The position numbers and the translations under genes were made by a program. A stretch of 20,000 nt of DNA from the IMG/VR virus record IMGVR_UViG_3300033069_001311. One strand, given 5' to 3'. Shown in pieces: positions 1-8,371 of the stretch. The first letter of the stretch is position 1; the number at the start of each line of letters is the position of its first letter. The notes beneath the pieces were generated by a model that did no database searches, was not told the DNA's origin, and saw nothing but the letters and a program-made list of their open reading frames with translations. The DNA is from an uncultured virus (IMG/VR IMGVR_UViG_3300033069_001311). Lineage: Duplodnaviria > Heunggongvirae > Uroviricota > Caudoviricetes.

Positions 1-1056
1 CGACTGGGAGCCCACAAATGGCATTGGGCTCTGGATTCCGATGTCCGGCTAGTCTTCGACGAGGCGCACCGGTTCAAGCACTCGACTACCCAGAACGGGA
101 AGATCCTTCGGGACGCCCCGCGCCCGGCGATCCTGCTCTCGGCTACGCCCTTCAGCGGGCCCCACGAAGCCTGCGCCATCGGGCACCAGCTTGGGCTCTT
201 CCATTGGAACGACTTTGAATCGTGGGCCGGGCAGCATGGGTGCAAGTACGGGCAGATGGGCGGGCTCGACTTCGTCGGGCTGGTGCGGAAACCTAGGGAC
301 TGGGTCGGCACCCCGCGGCAATGGGCGGAAGCCTGCGAGCTGGAACGCCGGGCAATCCTCGACCGAATCCATCGCCAGATTCATCATACCGGTCGCGGAA
401 TCCGGATTCGGAAAGCGGATCTGGGCGACCTGTTCCCGGCGATTACGCGGGAGACGGTCCTACTTCCAGCCGAGGACGGCGATGCGATAGACGCCGCGTA
501 CTTCGAGGAGTTGCAGCGGCTCAGGAGCGAGGCTCCGAGTGGCGGCGTCGAGTTCCTGCGTGCCCGGCAGATGTCGGAGTTTCTCAAGGTCCCGCATCTG
601 ATCGAGATGACGCGGGACCAGCTGGAGGGCGGCCAGAGCGTCCTGCTCTTCGTCAATTTCCGGGACACCTTCGACCGGCTCGTAGAGGCGTTCCCCGGGT
701 GCGCTCGGATCTACGGCGGGCAGGATCTTGAGGGCGTTCCCCGCGAGGGTGAGCGGCTCCGGTTCCAGCGCGACGAGGCCCGGGTCATGGTCGCCATGAT
801 TCAGGCCGGCGGGATCGCATTATCGGCGCACGATTTGAATGGACGGTTCCCGCGGACCTCGTTCATTCTGCCGGGAGTCTCGGCGGAGCAGGTCATCCAG
901 GCGGATGGCAGAGACCACCGGGCCGGCGGACTGACGCCAGTTTTGCACAAGTACTGCTACTCCGACTGTAGCTTCGAGCGAAAGCTCCGGGCGAAGTTGG
1001 AGACCAAAATAAACAACATCGAGCTTCTGCTCGACGGAGACCTGATACCAGACTGA
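1..1056 (+). CDS. SNF2-like superfamily 2 helicase, 5' end outside the window
   Basis: Frame 1 is open from base 1: LVFDEAHR (motif II, about 49-72), LLSATP (III), VLLFVNF (IV), IQAGGIALS (V), QADGRDHRAG (VI). The track's 256 start is internal. Confidence 0.9.
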   Translation, partial: RLGAHKWHWALDSDVRLVFDEAHRFKHSTTQNGKILRDAPRPAILLSATPFSGPHEACAIGHQLGLFHWNDFESWAGQHGCKYGQMGGLDFVGLVRKPRDWVGTPRQWAEACELERRAILDRIHRQIHHTGRGIRIRKADLGDLFPAITRETVLLPAEDGDAIDAAYFEELQRLRSEAPSGGVEFLRARQMSEFLKVPHLIEMTRDQLEGGQSVLLFVNFRDTFDRLVEAFPGCARIYGGQDLEGVPREGERLRFQRDEARVMVAMIQAGGIALSAHDLNGRFPRTSFILPGVSAEQVIQADGRDHRAGGLTPVLHKYCYSDCSFERKLRAKLETKINNIELLLDGDLIPD

Positions 1057-1066
1057 GGATACCATT

Positions 1067-1435
1067 ATGGGCTGCGACATCCACTGCTACATCGAATACA
1101 AACCCACCGGATCTGACTCTTGGTCGGACTTCGGAGGACGCATCAATCCCGGATGGATGTACGTGTGCGAACCTGTCGGGGAAGGTTGTTGCACGCCATC
1201 CCGGGCGGAAGCGTGGGTCGAACGAGGTTCGTCTCGATACAAGGACGCGGAGAAGATGTTCGTGTCGAATCCCGATTGGCATTCGCACTCGTGGCTGACG
1301 ACTGACGAGTACGCCTCGGTGGTTGAAGGGACCGGAGAACCGGAGTACGAGGCCATTCTCGCCGCGATGCGATCCTTCGAAGAGGGTGGGGCGAAGGCCC
1401 GGATTGTGTTCTGGTTCGACAATTGTCCGCTATGA
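1067..1435 (+). CDS. Conserved phage hypothetical protein (MGCDIH...RIVFWFDN type)
   Basis: GAGGA upstream; MGCDIH start, DWHSHSWLT and RIVFWFDN recall a common phage family; stop overlaps the next ATG. Confidence 0.8.
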   Translation: MGCDIHCYIEYKPTGSDSWSDFGGRINPGWMYVCEPVGEGCCTPSRAEAWVERGSSRYKDAEKMFVSNPDWHSHSWLTTDEYASVVEGTGEPEYEAILAAMRSFEEGGAKARIVFWFDNCPL

Positions 1436-1581
1436 ATACCGAAGTTTTGAAGCTCTTATTCGAGTACATCGACGCCCGGATAGCGGAGTTGTCGCCAGAT
1501 GGCGGCAGTCACGATATGGTTCGACGGATGCAAGCGGAAGACGATCTCCTGTCTATCGTCCCGGAGATCCGCGACCCATGA
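1432..1581 (+). CDS. Hypothetical protein, 49 aa (MNTEVLKLLFEYIDARIAELSP...)
   Basis: Read by hand (below the track cutoff); ATGA overlaps at both ends; amphipathic helix. Confidence 0.75.
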   Translation: MNTEVLKLLFEYIDARIAELSPDGGSHDMVRRMQAEDDLLSIVPEIRDP

Positions 1582-1751
1582 CCTCCCTCCTCAACCGGAA
1601 AGCCGTACGCAATGAAGCCCTTCGGGCGTCCCATGCCCGCGGCTTCACCCGGGTTTCCAAATCCTTCCTCGATAAGATCGAAGCCCACGTCGCGGAGCTG
1701 GTCGCGGCGGAGGTTCACCGGCACCCCAGCATTGGAAAGACATTACGATGA
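1578..1751 (+). CDS. Putative minimal histone-fold DNA-binding protein, 57 aa
   Basis: MTSLLNRKAVRNEALRASHARGFTRVSKSFLDKIEAHVAELVAAEVHRHPSIGKTLR: basic helix 1, RVS loop, long amphipathic helix 2, KTL loop; ATGA overlaps at both ends. Confidence 0.7.
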   Translation: MTSLLNRKAVRNEALRASHARGFTRVSKSFLDKIEAHVAELVAAEVHRHPSIGKTLR

Positions 1752-3127
1752 CCGACGCCTTTACCGCAGCCTCCGGCTGTAAGCTCCTGCCCAACGCCGA
1801 CTGCTCCGTGATGGAGGTCGTTCCAATGGACGCCCCTACCGAAGCCTCGGAGAGGCGGGGCAAGCTCCGTCAGCTCCAAGAGGCCACGAATTGCGGAGCC
1901 CGGGACGGGAAAGCCGCCCTCTCTGAATGCGGGTGGGATGTTTCCCAGGCGACCGAAAAGATTCGGCTCCTCGGCACCACGCCCGTCACCAAGCTCGTTT
2001 CCGGCGCCACCAAGATCACCGACGATCTCCCGGTCTCCTACCCCGGCGAGAGGCGCTCGTCGCCGTCGAAATACAAGTCGATCGAAGTCTCCCCCGCCTA
2101 CGAAGAGGATAAGACCCGACCAGAGCACCCCATGACGGCGCGGGGCAAGGTGATGCACAAGGCCGTCGAGACTGGGGACGACTCCGAGCTGATCGAGGAC
2201 GAATTCGAATGGGTCCAGAAATGTCGGGACGTGCGGGAGAAGATCGTCCCGGCGAATGCGACCGTGAAGCGGGAAATCCGATTCCCGATCATCGGGGCCG
2301 ATTATGGATTCGTCGACGAGCTGGCGCTCATGCCCAGCTATGGAATCGTCATTGATTACAAGTTCGGTCAGAACAAGCAGGAGGACGCGGAGACCAACTC
2401 CCAGGTTCAGGCGTATGCGCTCGGAATCCTGCGGACCTTCCCCTATCTGGCGCGGGTCGACGTGTACCTGCTCTACCCCAAGCTGGACATCGTCGACATG
2501 GCGACCTTCGCCCGCGCCGACGTCCCGCGAATTGCCGCCCGTCTCATGGCGATCAAGAAGGCGCACGATGTGGCGACCCCGGCGACGTGTCGGTACAACG
2601 ATTCCACGTGCATCTATTGTAAGCACCTGGTGAGCAATGGTTCCACCTGCCCGGTCGCCGGGAAGAAACTCCTGCCCATCGCCCAGCGATATGCCGGGAG
2701 CCACGACATGGCGTTCCCGAACCTAGACTTCTCCCTCGTCACGAAGCCCGAGGACTGGGCCCGGCTCCTGGAGGCGGCGCCTGTCTTTGAAGCCGTGGCT
2801 GACTCTATCAAGCGTCACGCTAAGGAGTTCCGGATCGCGACGGGAGAGGAGATCCCGGGGTATGACTTGACGACCGTATCCGGGAAGCGCAGTATCACGA
2901 ACCCGATCCTCGCGCACGAGATTGCGACCACGAGGTACGGGATCACCAATGAAGCTTTCTTGCGAGCCGTGAAGGTCAGTGCCGCTGATCTGCTCGACCT
3001 TGCAAAGGAATCCGCTCCCCGCGGGCAGAAGGGGAAACGGGCCCAAGAGATGGAGGACACGCTCCGCGACGCGGGAGTGCTCTCCGTCGGGTCCGACTAT
3101 CAAAAACTCAGCAAATCGAAATCATAA
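1748..3127 (+). CDS. DUF2800/Cas4-like PD-(D/E)XK exonuclease with an N-terminal EF-Ts/UBA-like domain
   Basis: SSPS, RGKVMHKAVE, YGFVD, IDYKFG, NSQVQAYALG, CIYC...CP; lies upstream of SSB and PolA. Confidence 0.85.
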   Translation: MTDAFTAASGCKLLPNADCSVMEVVPMDAPTEASERRGKLRQLQEATNCGARDGKAALSECGWDVSQATEKIRLLGTTPVTKLVSGATKITDDLPVSYPGERRSSPSKYKSIEVSPAYEEDKTRPEHPMTARGKVMHKAVETGDDSELIEDEFEWVQKCRDVREKIVPANATVKREIRFPIIGADYGFVDELALMPSYGIVIDYKFGQNKQEDAETNSQVQAYALGILRTFPYLARVDVYLLYPKLDIVDMATFARADVPRIAARLMAIKKAHDVATPATCRYNDSTCIYCKHLVSNGSTCPVAGKKLLPIAQRYAGSHDMAFPNLDFSLVTKPEDWARLLEAAPVFEAVADSIKRHAKEFRIATGEEIPGYDLTTVSGKRSITNPILAHEIATTRYGITNEAFLRAVKVSAADLLDLAKESAPRGQKGKRAQEMEDTLRDAGVLSVGSDYQKLSKSKS

Positions 3128-3129
3128 TT

Positions 3130-3858
3130 ATGCCTGTATTGTCATTCGACGGAGTCGGAGCCGCAGCAACCGCCGCCTCCACCGCAGTTGTTCCGGTCGC
3201 CGCGGCGCCGGTTACGAAGTACGCCACCCCGGCGTCCCAGATCGAAGGCGATTTGAGCGGGACGACCGTTCCGATTCCGTACCTCGCCCTCACCCAGAAG
3301 GCCTCTGGCGTGGTGGATGAGCATCCGGAATGGATGGGGAAGTGGTGTTACGATAAGACCACCATCGTCGGCTTGCCCGCCGACCCGAAGCAGTATTCGA
3401 CCGAGCTGACCCGGGGTCTCGGTAAGGACTCCGTGCTCGGGATCGTGACGAAGGTCAAGGTCGGGTATGAAGAGAAGGTGGAGTTCGACTCCGGGATCAT
3501 CCCCGACCGCTGGAGTTCCGCCGCGGAGGCGCGGGCGAGCGGGAAGGAGTACCAGGAGGTCGGCACCATTGACGTGCTGTTGGCCTTCGACGGGGACCAT
3601 GAGCAGATCCGGTTGGTGGGAGGATTCCAATTCCTTCCGGCCCGACTGATCGTGAAGAAGAGCGCCTACCGCAACGTCGCGGGGGCGATCGTCCGGGACT
3701 GCTCGACATGGTTGCACGGCGATACGTGCTCGGGATGGTACGAATTCGCGGTGAATAAGATCACCGGGAAGCAGACGTACTGGAGTCCGGTGGCCAAAGG
3801 TGCCGGAAAGGTGTCGCCGGAACTCCGCGAGGCGATCCGGAACGAGTTCGGGGTCTAA
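3130..3858 (+). CDS. Putative single-stranded DNA-binding/recombination protein
   Basis: 242-aa ORF between nuclease and polymerase; IPYLALTQKAS motif; aromatic beta-rich body; followed by a terminator. Function inferred mainly from position. Confidence 0.55.
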   Translation: MPVLSFDGVGAAATAASTAVVPVAAAPVTKYATPASQIEGDLSGTTVPIPYLALTQKASGVVDEHPEWMGKWCYDKTTIVGLPADPKQYSTELTRGLGKDSVLGIVTKVKVGYEEKVEFDSGIIPDRWSSAAEARASGKEYQEVGTIDVLLAFDGDHEQIRLVGGFQFLPARLIVKKSAYRNVAGAIVRDCSTWLHGDTCSGWYEFAVNKITGKQTYWSPVAKGAGKVSPELREAIRNEFGV

Positions 3859-3870
3859 GGGTTCATGCCG

Positions 3871-3902
3871 CCCGGGGTGGGGTCGCCCCGGGTTTCTCTT
3901 CT
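3871..3902 (+). terminator. Rho-independent terminator
   Basis: CCCGGGGTG-gggt-CGCCCCGGG stem (one G-U pair) followed by TTTCTCTTCT, 12 nt after the stop at 3858. Confidence 0.75.
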
Positions 3903-3986
3903 ATGGGATATGCAACCATCGTCATGATCGGAACTATCGTCTTGATTATCGGGACGATCCTGTACGCCAACCGGAAGAACCTGTGA
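3903..3986 (+). CDS. Single-pass membrane micropeptide, 27 aa (MGYATIVMIGTIVLIIGTILYANRKNL)
   Basis: About 20 hydrophobic residues then an RK tail; its TGA overlaps the polymerase GTG. Confidence 0.6.
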   Translation: MGYATIVMIGTIVLIIGTILYANRKNL

Positions 3987-5812
3987 TAACCGCGAACCCC
4001 GACTCCCCGAGCGGCGCCGTCGCTATCGACTTTGAAACCTCCTACGAGGTCGGTCGGGACATCAAATCCCTCGGCATGGTCCCCTACCTCCGGCACCCGG
4101 AGACGGACGTCTACATGGTCTCGATCTACGGCGAGGGCGTCGAATACGTCGGGCCGCCGGAGACCGCACCTTGGGACCAGATCGCGAACCGCCCGTGGGT
4201 GTCCCACAACATGCAGTTCGATCGGGCGGTCTACGACGAACTCCGGCGTCGGAGGTCGGGATTCTATCCGGCCACTCCAGATGAATGGGACTGCTCCGCG
4301 GATCTGGTCGCCGCCATGCAGTGCAAGCGATCCCTCGCGGACGCCATGTTCATCCTCGAAGGGCACCGGGTCGACAAGACCGTGCGCGACGAGATGAAGG
4401 GGGTCGCTTGGAAGGACCTGGATGACGTTGGTCGGGCTCGGGTGTCCGAATACGCGATTCTGGATGCCAAGTACTGCTCCCACCTGTGGGACAAGTATTC
4501 CTCGAATCAGCCGGAGTTCGAGCGCCAGCTCTCGCGCCACACCGCCCGGATGTGCCACCGGGGCCTTGCCGTCAACGAGGCGAAGGTCTCCTCCGGGATC
4601 GACATCCTCGCCGACCGTCTATTCCAGGTCGAGAAGCTGATCCCGTGGGCCGGCGAGCTGAACGAGAAGGGGAAGGAGATTCCGATCACGTCGAGCAAGG
4701 CGATAGCCAATGAGTGCCGGAAGCTTGGGATCCCGCCCCCGGCATCAACGGACGTGAAGTCCGCCCTATGGGACCGGTGGGAGGAGCAGTACGCGGAACA
4801 GGCGCCCTTCGTAGGCGCCATTCAGAAGTACCGGAAGATCAACCGGGTGCTCGGAGTCCTGAAGTCAATCCGGACTCGGACGGTCGGCGGGATCTGCTAC
4901 TACGAGCTGAAGTACTGCGGGGCGCCCCATACCCGGCGCTGGAGCGGGGGCTATGAGTATGAGTCAAGGTCTGAGTCAAGCTCTCTCAACATCCAGAACC
5001 TCCCGAAGGACGAGGTCGAAGGCGTCGACGTGCGCTCGTGTTTCATCCCGCGCCCCGGGCACCGGTTCGTGGTCTCGGATCTGCGACAGATCGAGGCCCG
5101 GGTGATCCTGTGGATGGCGGGGGAAGAGGGGATCTTGGCCCCACTCCGACTCGGCGCGGATCTGTACGACTCCTACGCCCGCACGGCGATGGGCTACCGG
5201 GACCCGCGACCGCTTGCCGAGGTCGATAAGGGGCTCCGGCAATTGGCGAAGACTCACTGGCTGGGACTTGGGTACGGGATGAGCGCCGGCAAGTTGCAGG
5301 ACACGGCCCGGAAGTACGGGAGCACCATCTCGGCGACGGAGGCAGAGATTGCCGTCAGCACTTTCCGTCGGGGTGTCCCGAGGATCAAGGCGAACATCTG
5401 GGACCCGATCAAGTCGAACCTCTCCCGGTTCGAGGTGGACGGAAAGGTGGAATTTGTGTTGCCTTCCGGTCGGACAATCCGGTATTTCGGAGTCCGGCGC
5501 GACGGCTTTGGGTTCTCCGGCTGTACCGTCCGCGGCGATCCGGAGAAGAACCTGTGGTTCGGCCTTGTTACCGAGAATGTGGTCCAGGGGACGGCGAGGG
5601 ATGTGTTCGGCACCCGGATTCTGGACCTGGAGCAGAGCGGGTTCCCGGTGGCCTTCCACGTTCACGACGAAGCGATCAACGAAGTATCCGAAGAGGACAT
5701 CGAATGCAAGGCAATGGAGATCAACAGGATCATGTCGACAGCTCCGGATTGGGCTGCGGGGCTCCCGGTGTCGAGCGGGACGGATGTCATGGACGCCTAC
5801 TGCAAAAAGTAG
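3983..5812 (+). CDS. Phage family A DNA polymerase with 3'-5' exonuclease domain
   Basis: ExoI AIDFET, ExoII HNMQFD, ExoIII YAILD; NIQNLP; motif A SDLRQIEAR, motif B RQLAKTHWLGLGYG, motif C HVHDE. Start reassigned to GTG 3983 (GTGA overlap). Confidence 0.96.
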   Translation: MITANPDSPSGAVAIDFETSYEVGRDIKSLGMVPYLRHPETDVYMVSIYGEGVEYVGPPETAPWDQIANRPWVSHNMQFDRAVYDELRRRRSGFYPATPDEWDCSADLVAAMQCKRSLADAMFILEGHRVDKTVRDEMKGVAWKDLDDVGRARVSEYAILDAKYCSHLWDKYSSNQPEFERQLSRHTARMCHRGLAVNEAKVSSGIDILADRLFQVEKLIPWAGELNEKGKEIPITSSKAIANECRKLGIPPPASTDVKSALWDRWEEQYAEQAPFVGAIQKYRKINRVLGVLKSIRTRTVGGICYYELKYCGAPHTRRWSGGYEYESRSESSSLNIQNLPKDEVEGVDVRSCFIPRPGHRFVVSDLRQIEARVILWMAGEEGILAPLRLGADLYDSYARTAMGYRDPRPLAEVDKGLRQLAKTHWLGLGYGMSAGKLQDTARKYGSTISATEAEIAVSTFRRGVPRIKANIWDPIKSNLSRFEVDGKVEFVLPSGRTIRYFGVRRDGFGFSGCTVRGDPEKNLWFGLVTENVVQGTARDVFGTRILDLEQSGFPVAFHVHDEAINEVSEEDIECKAMEINRIMSTAPDWAAGLPVSSGTDVMDAYCKK

Positions 5813-5888
5813 ACCCCGAACCGCCGTCGGACGAGCACATCCGGAGGATGGAAGTGTTGATGGCTATGATGACGGTTTCGACGTGCTC

Positions 5889-6140
5889 ATGAACCGACGT
5901 TCTTTCCTTGGGGCTCTCGGAGTCTTCTCGATCCTTCCCGGAGCCGGGAGGGTGTGGCGGGCCGTCAGGCCACCGGTCTATCCGATCGTAATGGTCCCGG
6001 ACGAAACCTCTGTGGCGCTGTTTCACGGCGGCGGTGAAATCGACATGTTCTGTGACCGAGAGGAAGCGGAGAAATTCATGCGGGCTTTCCAAGAATACAT
6101 GGGGCGGCCCGTCCGCGTGTACGAAAACTTCTCCGCATGA
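5889..6140 (+). CDS. Hypothetical protein with a twin-arginine (Tat)-like N-terminus, 83 aa
   Basis: MNRRSFLGALGVFSILPGAG...; stop overlaps the primase ATG. Confidence 0.7.
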   Translation: MNRRSFLGALGVFSILPGAGRVWRAVRPPVYPIVMVPDETSVALFHGGGEIDMFCDREEAEKFMRAFQEYMGRPVRVYENFSA

Positions 6141-8239
6141 GACTCTTCTCCCTCCCCAACCTTGCCAGTCACGAAGTCTCCGTCATGGACGTGGAGACGG
6201 CTCCCGTCGTCACGCGCCCGGAGTTCGCTTCCAAGACGGAGTACCGAGCTTGGTGCGGGAAGAAAACGACGGACCACGCGTTCGTGTCGATGATCGAGGG
6301 GCTCACCCCCGGGGTTCGGGTTTCGGCCGCCAATCCCCCGCGCAAATTGCACGGGCTCATCTTGGAGTATGACGCCAAGGCGCCCAAGGTCCCCGACCTT
6401 TCCGACGCCCGGTATCTGCCTGCCTGGAAGATCACGACCTTCAGCGGGAACATGCGCCTCGTCTTCCCCTTCGAGTCGCCGATCAGCGTCGACGATGCGG
6501 ATCTAGCTCGCGAGTTCCAGAAGGTGGCGCACAAGAACCTGAAGGCGAAGCGGCTAGGAGCTGGCTGGGAGCCGGAGGAGTCAGCCAAGGCCGGGCAGTA
6601 TTTCGAGATCGGAACTGAGTGGATCCCGCTGGGGGGCGAACCCCTCGCTGTGGAGTCTCTTTACGGCTGGCTTGCCGAGGCCGCGACGAAGGTCCGGTGG
6701 GACAACAAGGGCACCGTCGTACCGTTCGAGAAGCTGCGAGAGCGAGCCGAGAAGGCGTTCCCCGGTCGGTGGGCCGGCGGATGGGCCGGGTTCCAGCCTG
6801 GGGCTCGGGGTTCCCGGTTCTGGGACCAGAGCGCCGATGCGGAGAGCGTGCTGGTGACCGAGACCGGGTGCGTCTGCTTCACCGGCGACCAAGCCTTCAT
6901 GCCGTGGTCCGCCATCTTTGGCTCCGACTGGGTCCGGGAGCAGCAGGGCGGGGTCATCGGCGAGGCCATCGCGAACCTGTGGTGGGAGGAGGGGACCAGC
7001 AAGTACTGGCGCCGGTACGCGAGCGGGGATCTGGGCGCCATGTGTACGATGGCGGACGTCAAGCTCCACCTCCGGGCGCAGGGGCTCAAGGACATCCCGA
7101 CGAAGGGCGAGGAGTTCACCCCCGTCGAGCAGGCGATCTATGCGTGCCAGATCACGCGCCGGGCCGAGGTCGTGGTCCCGCTCATTTACCGCCCCAACGA
7201 CATCGTGATCCATAACCGGAGGCGGTACTTGAATACCTCCCGGGTACGGCCAACGGCGCCCCTGCCCGACCCCCGGTCGTGGGGCGAGGGGTTCCCGTGG
7301 GTGGCGAAGTACCTCGACCGGCTCTGGGACCGGGAGCAGAAGCTTCGGTACCTAGCCTGGGTCGCCCACTTCTACCAGCAGGCCCTCGCCGGGCGCCCGG
7401 GTACCGGATTGGCGCTCTTCGTAGCCGGCGACGGGAGCATTGGTAAGAACTTCTCGACCAACGCTATCCTCGGGCAGCTCTTCGGCGGGCACGGCGACGC
7501 TTCGAAGTTCGTGACGGGCAAAGACAATTTCATCGGGAATCTGCTGGACTGCCCCATCTGGACCTGCCACGACACGCAGCGGGCGGCCGACAACATGAAT
7601 GGGCAGAACACCTTCACCCAGCAGCTCAAGCGGATCATCGCGGACCGGGAGCTGATCGCTCGGGCGATGTATAAGGAAGGCGTGGATGTCCCCTGGAACG
7701 GCCGGATCGTGGTCACCCTGAATACCGACCCCGAGAGTCTAAGGATGCTTCCGGATTTGGAGCAGACGATTCTGAACAAGGTCCTGCTGCTCCGGGCGAA
7801 CGACCCCCGGATCGGAGACTTCCCTTCCGACGAGGAGGTTCTCGCGGAACTCCCGGCCTTCGGGTCATTCCTTCGCGACTACGAGATCCCGGCGGAGATT
7901 CGGGAACCCCGGTTCGGGATTCTGGCTTGGCACCACCCGGACCTGCTCGACGCTGCCCACGCCGAGAGCCCGACGACGGGTGCGCTCGAAGTGCTGTCGA
8001 TCTGGCGGAAGGAGTACTTCAACGGGGTCGCGGCTCCGGATGCGACCTCCTGGATCGGGACGGCGACCGAACTTCTCCAGCTCATGCACCGGCTAGACGC
8101 GACGGAAGCGGTTGTCCGCGGGCAGTTCCGGAATGGCACCAGCCTCGGAAGATCGCTGAATAAGCTTGTCGACCAGAAGGTTTCTTGGATACACAAGCAC
8201 CACGGGGGGCGGAGAACGTACATGTTGGAGCGAGAATAG
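6137..8239 (+). CDS. Primase-helicase: AEP-like N-terminal domain plus DUF5906/SF3-like P-loop NTPase
   Basis: GLILEYD and TTFSGNMRLVF in the N-terminal part; Walker A GDGSIGKN, Walker B-like IWTCHD, sensor VVTLN; winged-helix-like tail WIGTATELL...LGRSL. Confidence 0.82.
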   Translation: MRLFSLPNLASHEVSVMDVETAPVVTRPEFASKTEYRAWCGKKTTDHAFVSMIEGLTPGVRVSAANPPRKLHGLILEYDAKAPKVPDLSDARYLPAWKITTFSGNMRLVFPFESPISVDDADLAREFQKVAHKNLKAKRLGAGWEPEESAKAGQYFEIGTEWIPLGGEPLAVESLYGWLAEAATKVRWDNKGTVVPFEKLRERAEKAFPGRWAGGWAGFQPGARGSRFWDQSADAESVLVTETGCVCFTGDQAFMPWSAIFGSDWVREQQGGVIGEAIANLWWEEGTSKYWRRYASGDLGAMCTMADVKLHLRAQGLKDIPTKGEEFTPVEQAIYACQITRRAEVVVPLIYRPNDIVIHNRRRYLNTSRVRPTAPLPDPRSWGEGFPWVAKYLDRLWDREQKLRYLAWVAHFYQQALAGRPGTGLALFVAGDGSIGKNFSTNAILGQLFGGHGDASKFVTGKDNFIGNLLDCPIWTCHDTQRAADNMNGQNTFTQQLKRIIADRELIARAMYKEGVDVPWNGRIVVTLNTDPESLRMLPDLEQTILNKVLLLRANDPRIGDFPSDEEVLAELPAFGSFLRDYEIPAEIREPRFGILAWHHPDLLDAAHAESPTTGALEVLSIWRKEYFNGVAAPDATSWIGTATELLQLMHRLDATEAVVRGQFRNGTSLGRSLNKLVDQKVSWIHKHHGGRRTYMLERE

Positions 8240-8246
8240 GAAGACC

Positions 8247-8369
8247 ATGAAACTAGCAACCATCGAAACCGTAGTTGAAGTGCGACCCCACCCCAACGCC
8301 GACCGCCTTGAATTGGCGACGGTGCTGGGATGGCAAACCATCATCCGGAAGGGCGAGTTCGCAGCCGGC
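8247..8369 (+). pseudogene. 5' remnant of an RNA ligase (DRB0094-family-like N-terminus)
   Basis: MKLATIETVVEVRPHPNADRLELATVLGWQTIIRKGEFAAG matches the family's N-terminal OB-like segment; the frame then turns into non-protein-like sequence with no ligase motifs. Confidence 0.75.
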
Positions 8370-8371
8370 GG

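Noticed and set aside
1140..1170. Possible in-frame internal deletion in the MGCDIH-family gene
   Set aside because: Based only on my recollection that homologues are longer; cannot be supported without an alignment.
1748..3127. Cas4 as evidence of a CRISPR-Cas system
   Set aside because: Its context (SSB, PolA, helicase) is that of stand-alone phage replication nucleases.
3800..3982. N-terminal extension of the polymerase shown in the ORF track
   Set aside because: It overlaps the previous gene, the terminator and the micropeptide; ExoI begins just after GTG 3983.
1715..7213. Long minus-strand ORFs (1715-2704, 3142-3717, 3863-4558, 4976-5665, 6581-7213)
   Set aside because: Antisense shadows of GC-rich genes with no recognisable motifs.
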